A stretch of DNA of 64,000 bases, taken from the IMG/VR virus record IMGVR_UViG_3300037042_006682, positions 1 through 64,000 of that record; one strand, 5' to 3'. Source of the DNA: a virus. The notes under the pieces were generated by a model. The model made no database searches. It was not told where the DNA came from and worked only from the letters and a program-made list of their open reading frames with translations. Every line of letters begins with the position of its first letter. The stretch's first letter is position 1. This document shows, piece by piece, positions 51,840-60,631 of this stretch. The translations under genes and the position numbers were made by a program.

Positions 51840-52388
51840 TCAAAGTCCCAGGTTCCCTGCGCATCCTCCGTGATGTTGCATAGGCCCTTCCCCAGCCGCA
51901 GGGCCTCGGCCTGCTCCGCCAGTTGCCCCGCCGTGAGGGCCGCCCATCGTAAAGACGGGGCACTCTGGGATCCCCGCAAGCTCCACATGCTCCGCGCTCC
52001 CCGGCTGGATCAGCCGCTGCTTGATGTCGTACTCCCACAGACAGCCATGCCCCGTCGCCGCATCGAAGTTCCAGCGGTCCCAACGGTCATAGTTGCCCGT
52101 CGTGTAGATCTGCCCCTTGCGCCGACTCGTCATGCGGCGCTCACAGAGCGCGGCGGGCTCATGGTCGAAGATGACCACCGCGTCCCCCGACCGGAGCCCC
52201 GCGAGCCACGCCTGGTATTGCGCGTCCCTCATGACGCCACCCTCCGCTCGCTCCCCCGCGGGGATCCGGGGCACCCCCATCTGGCAGAGCACGCACCGCT
52301 CCTCCCCCGCATGCTCCCCCGCGACGAGGGGCCGCGCCGCAACAACGCGGTGCAGGTAGAAGCCGTCAATCTCCGTGGGCTCGCTCAT
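51840..52388 (-). CDS. Hypothetical protein
   Basis: ATG 52388 coupled (MSEPTEIDG). Confidence 0.45.
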   Translation of the reverse strand: MSEPTEIDGFYLHRVVAARPLVAGEHAGEERCVLCQMGVPRIPAGERAEGGVMRDAQYQAWLAGLRSGDAVVIFDHEPAALCERRMTSRRKGQIYTTGNYDRWDRWNFDAATGHGCLWEYDIKQRLIQPGSAEHVELAGIPECPVFTMGGPHGGATGGAGRGPAAGEGPMQHHGGCAGNLGL

Positions 52389-52711
52389 GCGCGCTCCCGC
52401 TTCTCCATCTCCACGATGGCCGTATCGCGCCGCACCCGCAGGGCCTCCTGCAGGGCCCGCTGGCACCCTGGGCAGATGGCCGCGAGGGACTCCGCCGTCC
52501 ACGCGCCCTCCGTGAGCCCCACCGTCGTGTGCATGAAGCCGTGGGCCGTGCCGTGGAGCCACGACACGCAGACCGCCGTCAGCGGGGTCATCCCCGTGGC
52601 GAGGCGCGGGAGCTGGAAGACCGCCCGCTCGCGCCGCTCATAGCCCCCCTCCGCGGAGAACTGCTCCCCGCACACGTCGCACAGGTAGGTCGTCGCCAGG
52701 GGGGTGCTCAT
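52385..52711 (-). CDS. Zn-ribbon hypothetical protein
   Basis: CDVCG...ICPGC; coupled. Confidence 0.55.
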   Translation of the reverse strand: MSTPLATTYLCDVCGEQFSAEGGYERRERAVFQLPRLATGMTPLTAVCVSWLHGTAHGFMHTTVGLTEGAWTAESLAAICPGCQRALQEALRVRRDTAIVEMEKRERA

Positions 52712-53049
52712 GACGCCACCCGGATGCGCGCGGGGCGCCCGTCCACGACATCCCGCAGGGGGTGCAGGGGGCTCACGTCCACGAGCTTCACGAGGTGGCC
52801 CGTGCTCCCCCGCATGTCCATGTAGGTCCCCGCGTCCAGGTTGATGTAGGCGCGGGAGAACTCGTTAAACAGCACGCCCACGGTGCCATCCTGCTCGATC
52901 TTCAAGGTGCGCAGCCCGCGCTCCTGCCCGTTGCCCTCCGTGACCCAGATCGCGAAGGTATGCTCCGCGCGCAAGGCCAGGGCCGCCCCGCGCAGCCGCT
53001 CGATGACCATCCGTAGATCCGCCCACGATGCCGTCATCTGTTGTGCCAT
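52708..53049 (-). CDS. Hypothetical protein
   Basis: GGAGG RBS; first gene after a putative promoter. Confidence 0.6.
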   Translation of the reverse strand: MAQQMTASWADLRMVIERLRGAALALRAEHTFAIWVTEGNGQERGLRTLKIEQDGTVGVLFNEFSRAYINLDAGTYMDMRGSTGHLVKLVDVSPLHPLRDVVDGRPARIRVAS

Positions 53050-53111
53050 GTCGTCCTCCGGGCGCAGCGCCCACCGGCCGGGGGCGCGCCATGCGCACCG
53101 GGCCTCCTGGA

Positions 53112-53141
53112 AACATGCGCACGATCGCCCAGGTTTGTCAA
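53112..53141 (-). promoter_or_regulatory. Putative promoter TTGACA-N18-CATGTT
   Basis: Perfect -35 in a GTTGACAAA context, intergenic. Confidence 0.45.
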
Positions 53142-53151
53142 CACAAAAGCA

Positions 53152-53892
53152 TCACCCCACCCCGTCGATGGGGTGCAGGCGCAGCGCCCGCCCATCCTGC
53201 TCCAGGCGCACCCCCGGCACCTTGCCCTCCTGGATCCACGTCCGCAGGCTGCCGATCGCCGTGGCCTCCGTGCGGTAGTGGTGCTTGATGCCCGCGAAGC
53301 CGATGTCGGTGAGCGTCGGGACCCGCCCCCCGATGGCCTCCTTGAGCGTGCATCCGGGGTGGGCCCGCACCACTTGGGCGAGGTTGCGGCAGGTCTCCTT
53401 GAACGGGGTCCAGCCCCCGCCGCAGGGGCTCCCCGCCGCAAGAAAGGTCTTCTGCTCCTCACAGAGCCACCGCCGCAGGTGGACCGCGCGCCCATGCCGG
53501 TGGAGGCGCGGGGGGTAGTGCGTGTTGTCCACGAGCTTGTCGATCGCGCTGCCCCCGTAGAGGGCCTCCAGGGGCCGCACCCCGATGACCCCGAGGCCCC
53601 ACGCGCGCACGATGTGGTTGAAGGCCGGCCCCAGGTGCAAGTAGTGGTAGGGCACCGCCACCGAGGCATAGTGCGCGTACTGCCGCCACCACTGGGCCTG
53701 CTCCAGGACCTCGACGTTGAGGCGGACCTTGGCCTCGACCACCCACACGAGGGGGCCCCGCGTGGCCACGATGTCGCAGCTCCGCTCGCCGCCCTTGCCG
53801 TTGCGGACCTCCTGGTACACATCCCAGCCCCCCGCGCGCAGCCAGGCCACCACGGGGGCCGCCACGTCGACCTCGGCGAGCCGGGGCTTCAC
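53152..53892 (-). CDS. PD-(D/E)xK nuclease (MmcB/restriction-endonuclease-like)
   Basis: WDVYQEV...CDIVA...VVEAK...LEQA...GLGVI. Confidence 0.7.
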   Translation of the reverse strand: MKPRLAEVDVAAPVVAWLRAGGWDVYQEVRNGKGGERSCDIVATRGPLVWVVEAKVRLNVEVLEQAQWWRQYAHYASVAVPYHYLHLGPAFNHIVRAWGLGVIGVRPLEALYGGSAIDKLVDNTHYPPRLHRHGRAVHLRRWLCEEQKTFLAAGSPCGGGWTPFKETCRNLAQVVRAHPGCTLKEAIGGRVPTLTDIGFAGIKHHYRTEATAIGSLRTWIQEGKVPGVRLEQDGRALRLHPIDGVG

Positions 53893-54101
53893 GGGCCATC
53901 CCCGTCGAGACAATCACAGATGTAGTCAAGCCGCCTGGCATCCACTTGGTATCCGTGGGCCCGCGCCTCATCTCGCAGAAGAACCACGCGCTCCCGCAAG
54001 TCCGCCAAGGCCCCCGCCCAGCGCCGCACCCGTTCCTCCTCCTGCTCTGCCGCAGACAAGGGCGCCGGAAGGTCGGGAAAGATCACCATCTGCATGCTCA
54101 T
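53889..54101 (-). CDS. Small hypothetical protein
   Basis: GGAGG RBS; coupled. Confidence 0.5.
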   Translation of the reverse strand: MSMQMVIFPDLPAPLSAAEQEEERVRRWAGALADLRERVVLLRDEARAHGYQVDARRLDYICDCLDGDGP

Positions 54102-54631
54102 GGCTGGGCCTCCCAGTGCCCGTGGCTCCCGTCCTCGACGCCCACGTAGCCCCGCCCGCAGTCCGGGCACACCAGGGGCCATCCCGCCCGCACCACGAGG
54201 GGGGCCCGCACGCGCTCCCCGCAGGCGCACTCCATCTGGCCCCACCCGTGGTGGGGACAGGGGTCGTCACAGAAATCATCGCAGGTGCAGCGCCCCGCGA
54301 CGGCGAGCGGCACAGGGGCCTCCGGGGGCCGCACCACCCCCGCCAGCGTCCGCCACGCCCCCTCGACCCAAGGCGCAAGCGTCTCCCGGCCCGCCATGGT
54401 CAGCGAGGCCTGGGGGCACGGCACGAAGGCCCCATCGTCGTCGACCTCCCCCGTCACCGCGAGCAGGGCATCCGCCGCCGCGCGCACCCGCGCCAGCTCC
54501 GCCCGCAGGCGCTCCAGCTCCGCCGCCAGCGCCCCCGCGATGGACCCGTCTTCGACCAGCGCCATCACGCGGTCCGCCGCCGGCTGGGCCAGCCACCCGC
54601 GTACCACCCGCTCGTGCGTGCTCGTGCTCAT
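54098..54631 (-). CDS. Hypothetical protein with Cys-rich C-terminus
   Basis: AAGGAG RBS; CTC...CP.H, C.CG...CPDCG. Confidence 0.5.
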   Translation of the reverse strand: MSTSTHERVVRGWLAQPAADRVMALVEDGSIAGALAAELERLRAELARVRAAADALLAVTGEVDDDGAFVPCPQASLTMAGRETLAPWVEGAWRTLAGVVRPPEAPVPLAVAGRCTCDDFCDDPCPHHGWGQMECACGERVRAPLVVRAGWPLVCPDCGRGYVGVEDGSHGHWEAQP

Positions 54632-54882
54632 GGCTTCTCTCCTTGCGCACGCGCGTGCGCCGCGTGGACCTCGCGGAAGGCCGCCCCCACGCGCCCCATC
54701 CACGCCGTCTCATCCGCGTTGAGGGGCCAGACCTTGATCTCCACCTGGACGCCCCCCACGCGCTCGATCAACTTGTCGAGGGCCGCCTGGACCTCCGTGA
54801 TGGCCCCCTCGGGGACCCCCGGCCACGGCGTCACGACCCCGTGCGCCGAGCGCCGCTTGTTCCAGCCCCGCTCCTCACTCAT
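54628..54882 (-). CDS. Small hypothetical protein
   Basis: Coupled ORF. Confidence 0.5.
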   Translation of the reverse strand: MSEERGWNKRRSAHGVVTPWPGVPEGAITEVQAALDKLIERVGGVQVEIKVWPLNADETAWMGRVGAAFREVHAAHARAQGEKP

Positions 54883-56179
54883 GGGGCACCTCGCGGATCG
54901 CGCCGTCCTCGATGATCACGGCCCCCGGCCCCCGGTCGCCGACGACCTCGATCCAGACCTGGGCGTCCGCCTGCTCGGCCATCGCGACCACGGCCGCCAG
55001 CGAGGCGTCGTCGAGCAGCGCGCCCTCCCGCAGCAGCACGACGCGGATCTGGGGGTTGGACGCGAAGCCCAGCCCCACCGCCACGCGGAGCTGCTCCGCC
55101 GAGGAGCACTGCGCCAGGGGGATGCCGCCCCACGTGACCCCGCGCTCGTCGAGGCCGAGCCCCACGAGCCCCACCTCGGCCACCGCCGCGGCGACCTTGG
55201 CCTCCCGCGCCGCGTCCATCGCCGCGAGCTGCGCCGTGAGGTCCCCGCTCGCAGCCTCCGCCTGGGCGAGGGCCGCCTGGCTCGCCGCCCACGCCGCATG
55301 CGCGTCCCGCTTCCGCACCACCTCGTTGGCCGCCCGGATCTCGTCCTGGATGTCCCCCACCGTCCGGCGCCCGCGCAACCGCTCCTGCGCCTCTGCGACG
55401 GCCAGCTTCTTCTGCTCTGCGACCTCGCGCAGCCGATCCGCCTTGGCCCGCGCCTCCCCCAGCTTGGCCTGGAGCTGCGCGATCTCGGCCTCCAGCTCCC
55501 GCACGCGCGTGGCCATGGCGTCGGCCTCCCACCGCGTCCGCCCCGCCTCGGCATCGGCAGCCTTCACCATCTCCGTCGCGGCATCGAACGTCCGCAGCTC
55601 GGCCAGGAGGGCCTCCGTGTCGCGCCCCTCCGCGGGCACCACGGGCTCCGCCCCGAGCGCCGCCCGCAGCCGCCCGACCTCGCGGTTGACCTCGGTCCGC
55701 TGGTCGAAGGTCCGCTTGCGCTCCGCGTCGAGGGCCGCCACGTTGGTCCCGAGAATACCCTCCAGCTGCTTGACCTGCCCCTTCACGTCTGCCCGCACGA
55801 AGTCCAGGGGGTCAAAGGTGAGCGCCCCCACCATGCGGTCGAGGATCTTCTGAGGCGACTGCAAGGCGTCCCCCTCCGCGTTGCGGACCACCAACGTGGC
55901 CCCACCGGGCTTGATCACGCGCTCGACGGTGAGTCCCCCGAGGTCTACGCGGATCGTCGCGCGCTCCTCCCCCGCGCGGATCGGCATCTCGGGCAGCGCC
56001 CGGCCCCCGCCCAGAGCGTAAAACAGCGAGTCGAGCAGGCTGCTCTTCCCCTGCGCGTTGGCCCCCCCAATGATCACCGCGTGCTTGGCGGGGTCGAAGG
56101 CGACCGCCCGCAGGCGCTTCACGTTCTCCGCCTCCAGCCGCACCACGCGAAACGTCTTGTCCGTCTGCTCAGCTTCCAC
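54875..56179 (-). CDS. SMC/Rad50-like AAA ATPase
   Basis: LEAENVKRL, Walker A GANAQGKSS, coiled coil, signature SSAEQ, Walker B/D-loop VVLLREGALLD. Confidence 0.85.
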   Translation of the reverse strand: MEAEQTDKTFRVVRLEAENVKRLRAVAFDPAKHAVIIGGANAQGKSSLLDSLFYALGGGRALPEMPIRAGEERATIRVDLGGLTVERVIKPGGATLVVRNAEGDALQSPQKILDRMVGALTFDPLDFVRADVKGQVKQLEGILGTNVAALDAERKRTFDQRTEVNREVGRLRAALGAEPVVPAEGRDTEALLAELRTFDAATEMVKAADAEAGRTRWEADAMATRVRELEAEIAQLQAKLGEARAKADRLREVAEQKKLAVAEAQERLRGRRTVGDIQDEIRAANEVVRKRDAHAAWAASQAALAQAEAASGDLTAQLAAMDAAREAKVAAAVAEVGLVGLGLDERGVTWGGIPLAQCSSAEQLRVAVGLGFASNPQIRVVLLREGALLDDASLAAVVAMAEQADAQVWIEVVGDRGPGAVIIEDGAIREVPHE

Positions 56180-56191
56180 GCGCCACTCCTC

Positions 56192-56734
56192 TCAGCGGTC
56201 AAGCCCCAGCGTGAGGCCATCCGCCCACTGCTTATCAGCCCTCTGTTGGTCTACAAGCGCATACCAGCCCGCGTCGATCGCCCGCACCGACACCAGGTAG
56301 GCGCAGTCCTCCGCGTGGCGGTTCAGGTGGGCCTCGGCCAGGCCGCACGTGCAGGCCCGCAGCTCCCCGTGGCGGCGCGCGCGGTAGGCCTCGTAGGCCG
56401 CCAGCTCTTCTTCTGACCACTGCGTAATTTGTCGATCCATCATTCCACCTTCCCGAAGCTTGCGATGTCGAAGGAAAACAGCAGGCACGGCTGCACCTGC
56501 CCCTCCTCGCACCACGCCCGGATCGGGCACGTCCCGCGCCGCCTCACGCGCCAGGAGGCCCTCATCACGTATCACGCCCAGGCGCCAGAGCTGCGTGCAG
56601 GCGTCATCGAAGGCCCCCCGCGCCGCCGCCGCCCACAAGAGGTCCGCCGCCTCGGGGGCCATGGGCTGGTGCACCGCCGCCGCCGTGTACTGCGCAAAGA
56701 TCGCGACCAAGGCTTCCTTCGGATTCACCGCCAC
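56192..56734 (-). CDS. Hypothetical protein (internal in-frame start near 56443)
   Basis: GAGGT SD upstream of GTG; second SD GGAAGGTGG before MMDRQIT; start uncertain. Confidence 0.45.
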   Translation of the reverse strand: MAVNPKEALVAIFAQYTAAAVHQPMAPEAADLLWAAAARGAFDDACTQLWRLGVIRDEGLLAREAARDVPDPGVVRGGAGAAVPAVFLRHRKLREGGMMDRQITQWSEEELAAYEAYRARRHGELRACTCGLAEAHLNRHAEDCAYLVSVRAIDAGWYALVDQQRADKQWADGLTLGLDR

Positions 56735-56779
56735 CGTGCACCTCTCGCTGCGTACGCGCGTACGCAATATCGCCCGTCG

Positions 56780-57322
56780 CTAGAACGGGATCTCATCGTT
56801 TGGATCGCCTGCCCACGCCCCGGCCGTGCCCGCGGGGGGCTCTGCCGCCGGCCCCCAGCACGCCGCGGCCTCCCCCGCCGGGGCGAATCCCGGCAACGCC
56901 TCTTGGCCCGAAGACGAGGCACTCCGCTCCGCCCGCCGCGCCTCGGGAGGGCTCCAGTCCTGCCAGTTGATGATCCCGCGGCACTCAGGGAAACTCGCGC
57001 ACCCCCAGAAGGGCTTGCCATCAGCCTTGCGCATCCGCCGCACCATCTTCCCCCCGCACAAGTGACACGGCGGCCCTACCGCGTCCTCCGCGCGAGGGGC
57101 GGGCGGGGTCGGCACGGGGGCATCCACCCTAGCGGGGGAGGTCGCCTGTGCAGTCTCCCCCCCGCTGCGCTCGAATACGCCCACGACGACAACGCCCTCC
57201 GCACACGCCGCACAGCCCAGCGCCCCCACGGGATCCCAGCCCTCGGCCACAAGGGCTTGCAGGCGCCGCTCCACGAGCACCGCTGTGTCCGGCCCCAGGA
57301 CCACCGCACGCCGATCACGCAT
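56780..57322 (-). CDS. Topoisomerase-I-type C4 Zn-ribbon protein with an SSB-like C-terminal tail
   Basis: CHLCGGKMVRR...KPFWGCASFPECR; ends DPNDEIPF. Confidence 0.7.
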   Translation of the reverse strand: MRDRRAVVLGPDTAVLVERRLQALVAEGWDPVGALGCAACAEGVVVVGVFERSGGETAQATSPARVDAPVPTPPAPRAEDAVGPPCHLCGGKMVRRMRKADGKPFWGCASFPECRGIINWQDWSPPEARRAERSASSSGQEALPGFAPAGEAAACWGPAAEPPAGTAGAWAGDPNDEIPF

Positions 57323-57962
57323 CGTGCTGCCCGTCGCGCACCTTGTTGAGCATGGCGATCGTCTGCGTCATCTTCACGCGGTGCTCGCACTCCTTGTCGC
57401 AGGTCTCGCACGCGCAGGCATGCCCCGGATCCCCATCCGTGCGCACCATGCGCAGGTGCCCCCCGAGCGCCCGCTCCGCGTCAGCGAGGACCGCCTGCTC
57501 CGCCAGCGAGAGATCCGCGGGGTCGACCACTTCCTCGTCGTCCTCGCCGTACTCGCAGGTCATGCACTCCGGGCTCTCCCCGCACATGCCATCGCACGCG
57601 TAGGGGCAGTCCACGCCCTCCGCGTCAAACCCTGCGCGATAGGCCTCGATCACGTGCGCGACCAACGCGGCCCCATTGGCCTCCGCGGAGCCCACGTCCG
57701 CCGCCTCGACCTGCTCCGCGGCCGAGATCTCCGCCAGCTTGAGCCCGACGGTCACCCCGAACGCCCGCTTCGCCGCAGCGAACGCCGCCTCCCGCTGCCA
57801 CCGCCCCAGGTTCGCCTCGTCGATCGCATCGGGCCCCTCGATCGCCGGGTGGTCCTTGGAGTACTCTATAAACGCCGCGGCAAACGCCGCCGCGAAGACC
57901 AGCTTGTCCCCCATCGCCATGGGCTCTACCGACGCCTTCTCATGATCGCGTGTCATTCTCAC
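57315..57962 (-). CDS. Hypothetical protein, Cys/acidic-rich
   Basis: 215-aa coupled ORF. Confidence 0.55.
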   Translation of the reverse strand: MRMTRDHEKASVEPMAMGDKLVFAAAFAAAFIEYSKDHPAIEGPDAIDEANLGRWQREAAFAAAKRAFGVTVGLKLAEISAAEQVEAADVGSAEANGAALVAHVIEAYRAGFDAEGVDCPYACDGMCGESPECMTCEYGEDDEEVVDPADLSLAEQAVLADAERALGGHLRMVRTDGDPGHACACETCDKECEHRVKMTQTIAMLNKVRDGQHDA

Positions 57963-58183
57963 TCCACTTCTCGCAACTGCTTCCGCAGCCCTAGTAGGCG
58001 CGCGTGGATCCGCTCCCGCGCGCGTCGCACTTCAGGGGCCGGCAACCATCGGGAATACCGCCCCGTAAACCGTATCCTCCGCTCCTGGTCCACGTCGCGG
58101 TCGATTGCCGCCTCCGCATCCTCCAAGAGCGCGATCCACGCCCGAATCCGGGCCCGCTCGATCCGTTGCGTTGTCGATCCCAT
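57959..58183 (-). CDS. Small hypothetical protein
   Basis: MGSTTQRIERAR...; stop overlaps the next start. Confidence 0.4.
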   Translation of the reverse strand: MGSTTQRIERARIRAWIALLEDAEAAIDRDVDQERRIRFTGRYSRWLPAPEVRRARERIHARLLGLRKQLREVE

Positions 58184-58358
58184 CGGTCGGAGCGGCCGGC
58201 CTCGAACCGGCCCCCCGCGGGCGCCAGAGGAATGGCGCGTGGTCGTGTATCCGACGCCCGCGGGCGGGTCCCAACCCCGCCCCGAAAGCCCATGCCGCCC
58301 ATCCACAAGAGTTTGGCCATTAGTGGTCGAACGCTATAAACGGCATGGGCACGAACTC

Positions 58359-59063
58359 CTACTGCGGATCGCCAGCCCCCAGCTCGGCTTCCGCCTCGCG
58401 CACAATCAACTCCAGGGGGCGCCCCCCCAGCAGCGAAAACAGGTACACCGTGCTCGCCACACTGAGGCCCCGCCCCGCGCGCAGCGCCAAGCGAGCCTCC
58501 TCGCGCATGCGCACGCACGCCTTGTCGGGCAAGCTCACCGTACCTTCCCCCGGCAACACCAGCGGCAACTGGCGGGTCGCCTCCGGGACCTCCGGGGCCT
58601 CCGGCATCGCCGGCGCAAAGGGTACCCCCATGACGGCCTCGATGGCCCGCCGTAGGGGCAGCGTCCACACCTGGGCCCCGCCCAACTGCCGCGACAGGGT
58701 GGCATGGCTCACCTTGAGGCCACTCCGATCGACCTCGTCCCGCAGCCGCTCGTACGTCCACTTGCGCCGCTTCAGCTCCGCGCCGACCGCCGCGCGGAAC
58801 GCCACCCCCTCCGCGGTCTCGCCCCGGCGCAGCATCGCGCGGTCATAGCGGGACCGCCACAGCACCACGTCCCCCATGATGTCCTCCCACCCAGGGATGC
58901 TGTTGAGCCGCTCCACCGTGGCATCCCAGGTGACCTGGCGCGCCGCATCCTCGTCGCGCATCGTGATCATCGTCGCCATCCGGGGATCGCTGGGGAGCAG
59001 GTGGTCCGCCCGCCGTGGGGCAGTTCCCCGTCCATTGTTCGTCTTGCTCTTGCTCTTGCTCAT
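58359..59063 (-). CDS. Putative XRE-like HTH DNA-binding protein
   Basis: AAGGAG RBS; LKRRKWTYERLRDEV...VSHATLSRQLGG. Confidence 0.55.
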   Translation of the reverse strand: MSKSKSKTNNGRGTAPRRADHLLPSDPRMATMITMRDEDAARQVTWDATVERLNSIPGWEDIMGDVVLWRSRYDRAMLRRGETAEGVAFRAAVGAELKRRKWTYERLRDEVDRSGLKVSHATLSRQLGGAQVWTLPLRRAIEAVMGVPFAPAMPEAPEVPEATRQLPLVLPGEGTVSLPDKACVRMREEARLALRAGRGLSVASTVYLFSLLGGRPLELIVREAEAELGAGDPQ

Positions 59064-59108
59064 CGCCTTCAGCTCCTTACCGCAGCACTCAGCTGTCATC
59101 CGAGGCCA

Positions 59109-59489
59109 CTAGGCCTGGGGCATCGCCCCCAGCATGGCCCGCAGCCACCCCCCAAAGGCGCGCGCCTCGGTCTCCGAGAGCCGCGCCCCGTGGCCCTCCA
59201 CGTTCAGGCGGAGGGTCAACTCGTCACACGCGATCCCGAACCCGCACGTCACGGCCCCGTCATCGGAGGCCCACCCCAGCGCATCCACGAGCTGGAGCGC
59301 CTGGACGTGCTCCTCGCGCTGCTTGCGGGCCGCCTGCGCCGCGCGGTCCGCCGCGCGCCCCTGCGCCGCCACGTCCCGCAGGGCCTCGACCGCGATCCCG
59401 CGCCGCGCCGTTGCCGTAGAAGCCACAGCCGTCGGCGTCTCGCTCGACCGCAGCTTGCGCACCTTCGCCACCTGCTTCTTACTCGCCAT
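59109..59489 (-). CDS. Hypothetical protein
   Basis: AAGGAGG RBS. Confidence 0.6.
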   Translation of the reverse strand: MASKKQVAKVRKLRSSETPTAVASTATARRGIAVEALRDVAAQGRAADRAAQAARKQREEHVQALQLVDALGWASDDGAVTCGFGIACDELTLRLNVEGHGARLSETEARAFGGWLRAMLGAMPQA

Positions 59490-60222
59490 TAGATGGACCC
59501 TCCTTGTTTGAAACAGATGCTTCTGCTTTCAAAGCACATCTCCGCTTTGCGGAAGCACGCATCTTTATCTTTGTTTCTTCTGAAATAACCCGTCCCTTTA
59601 ATGCAGCACTAAGCTTGTTCTTTGTTTCATCAGAAAACACCCTTCCCTTATGAGCATCACTCATTTTTCGCTTTGCATCATCCGAGTGGCGCTTACCAGT
59701 GTTTATCTTTTTAAGCTTATCTTTCGTTTCATCAGAAACCTTCTTTCCAGCCATGCTCTTTCCAAGTCGTCTGGCACGTTCACGCTGCTCATCAGTTGTA
59801 ATACATTTCAACAATTCACTGTGACGAGTGCGCATCTCATCTGTCCAAACACGATTTCTATTTGCCGCAGCTACAGCCTCTCCAATATAAGCAGGCCGCT
59901 TTCTCCATCCACCGCGTCCACTAACAGAAGGAAGATGGTTATATCGAAGATCAACCGGAGTATTATCTATAAACTCCTGTTCTGCTTCCCTCAAACCATC
60001 AACATCATCAACACGTCTAAGGATTAAGAAATCAAAGCTATCAGCACCAAAAATAGCAAAGTCATGGGTGAGCAGGCTGTTTGAACGTCTGCCCGTTGAT
60101 AAGCAATACAAGTGCTGGGAAATCCTTCTCTTCATGTTCTTTGTTGATCCAATATAAATCATCCAGTTTGTTTTATTTTTAATGCAATAAACACCAGGCC
60201 CTCTGTCGAATACATCACTCAT
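59479..60222 (-). CDS. GIY-YIG homing endonuclease with NUMOD3 repeats
   Basis: GVYCIKN...IYIGST...RR..QH...EQ..I..YN; C-terminal HSDDAKRKMSDAHKG repeats; strongly AT-rich versus flanks. Confidence 0.9.
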   Translation of the reverse strand: MSDVFDRGPGVYCIKNKTNWMIYIGSTKNMKRRISQHLYCLSTGRRSNSLLTHDFAIFGADSFDFLILRRVDDVDGLREAEQEFIDNTPVDLRYNHLPSVSGRGGWRKRPAYIGEAVAAANRNRVWTDEMRTRHSELLKCITTDEQRERARRLGKSMAGKKVSDETKDKLKKINTGKRHSDDAKRKMSDAHKGRVFSDETKNKLSAALKGRVISEETKIKMRASAKRRCALKAEASVSNKEGPSNGE

Positions 60223-60631
60223 CTAGATCCCGTCCCGTAATAGCAACAAAGCAGCTCAAAGGCATCATCACCCAATCTAACTCGACGTCCGCCGCGGGCG
60301 CCCCCCCGGCGATTGCCACCGCCAGCGCGGGCCGCTTGCCCTGCACGAGGGCCTCCCGCGCGACCTTCACCAGCCAGGCACGCTTGAGCGCCAGGCTGGC
60401 CTTCTCCGTCCGCTTGCACTCGAGCAGCCACCCCACGCCCCCGCCGTGCGCCTCGGCCACGACGTCCCCCTTGGCGTAGGGCGAGCACCCGCTTCCCTTG
60501 ACGCGCCGCCCCCGCATGGCCGCCGCCACGCGCCGCTCCTGCGCCTTGGGCGCCCCCACGTGCGCGTGGTCCCGTCCCCGGTCCTGACGGTCCACGGCGT
60601 CCTCCGCATAGCGCTGGGGCAGGTGCCGCAT
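60215..60631 (-). CDS. PD-(D/E)xK nuclease (Holliday-junction-resolvase-like)
   Basis: QERRVA...GSG...KGDV...LLECKRT. Confidence 0.7.
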   Translation of the reverse strand: MRHLPQRYAEDAVDRQDRGRDHAHVGAPKAQERRVAAAMRGRRVKGSGCSPYAKGDVVAEAHGGGVGWLLECKRTEKASLALKRAWLVKVAREALVQGKRPALAVAIAGGAPAADVELDWVMMPLSCFVAITGRDLDE

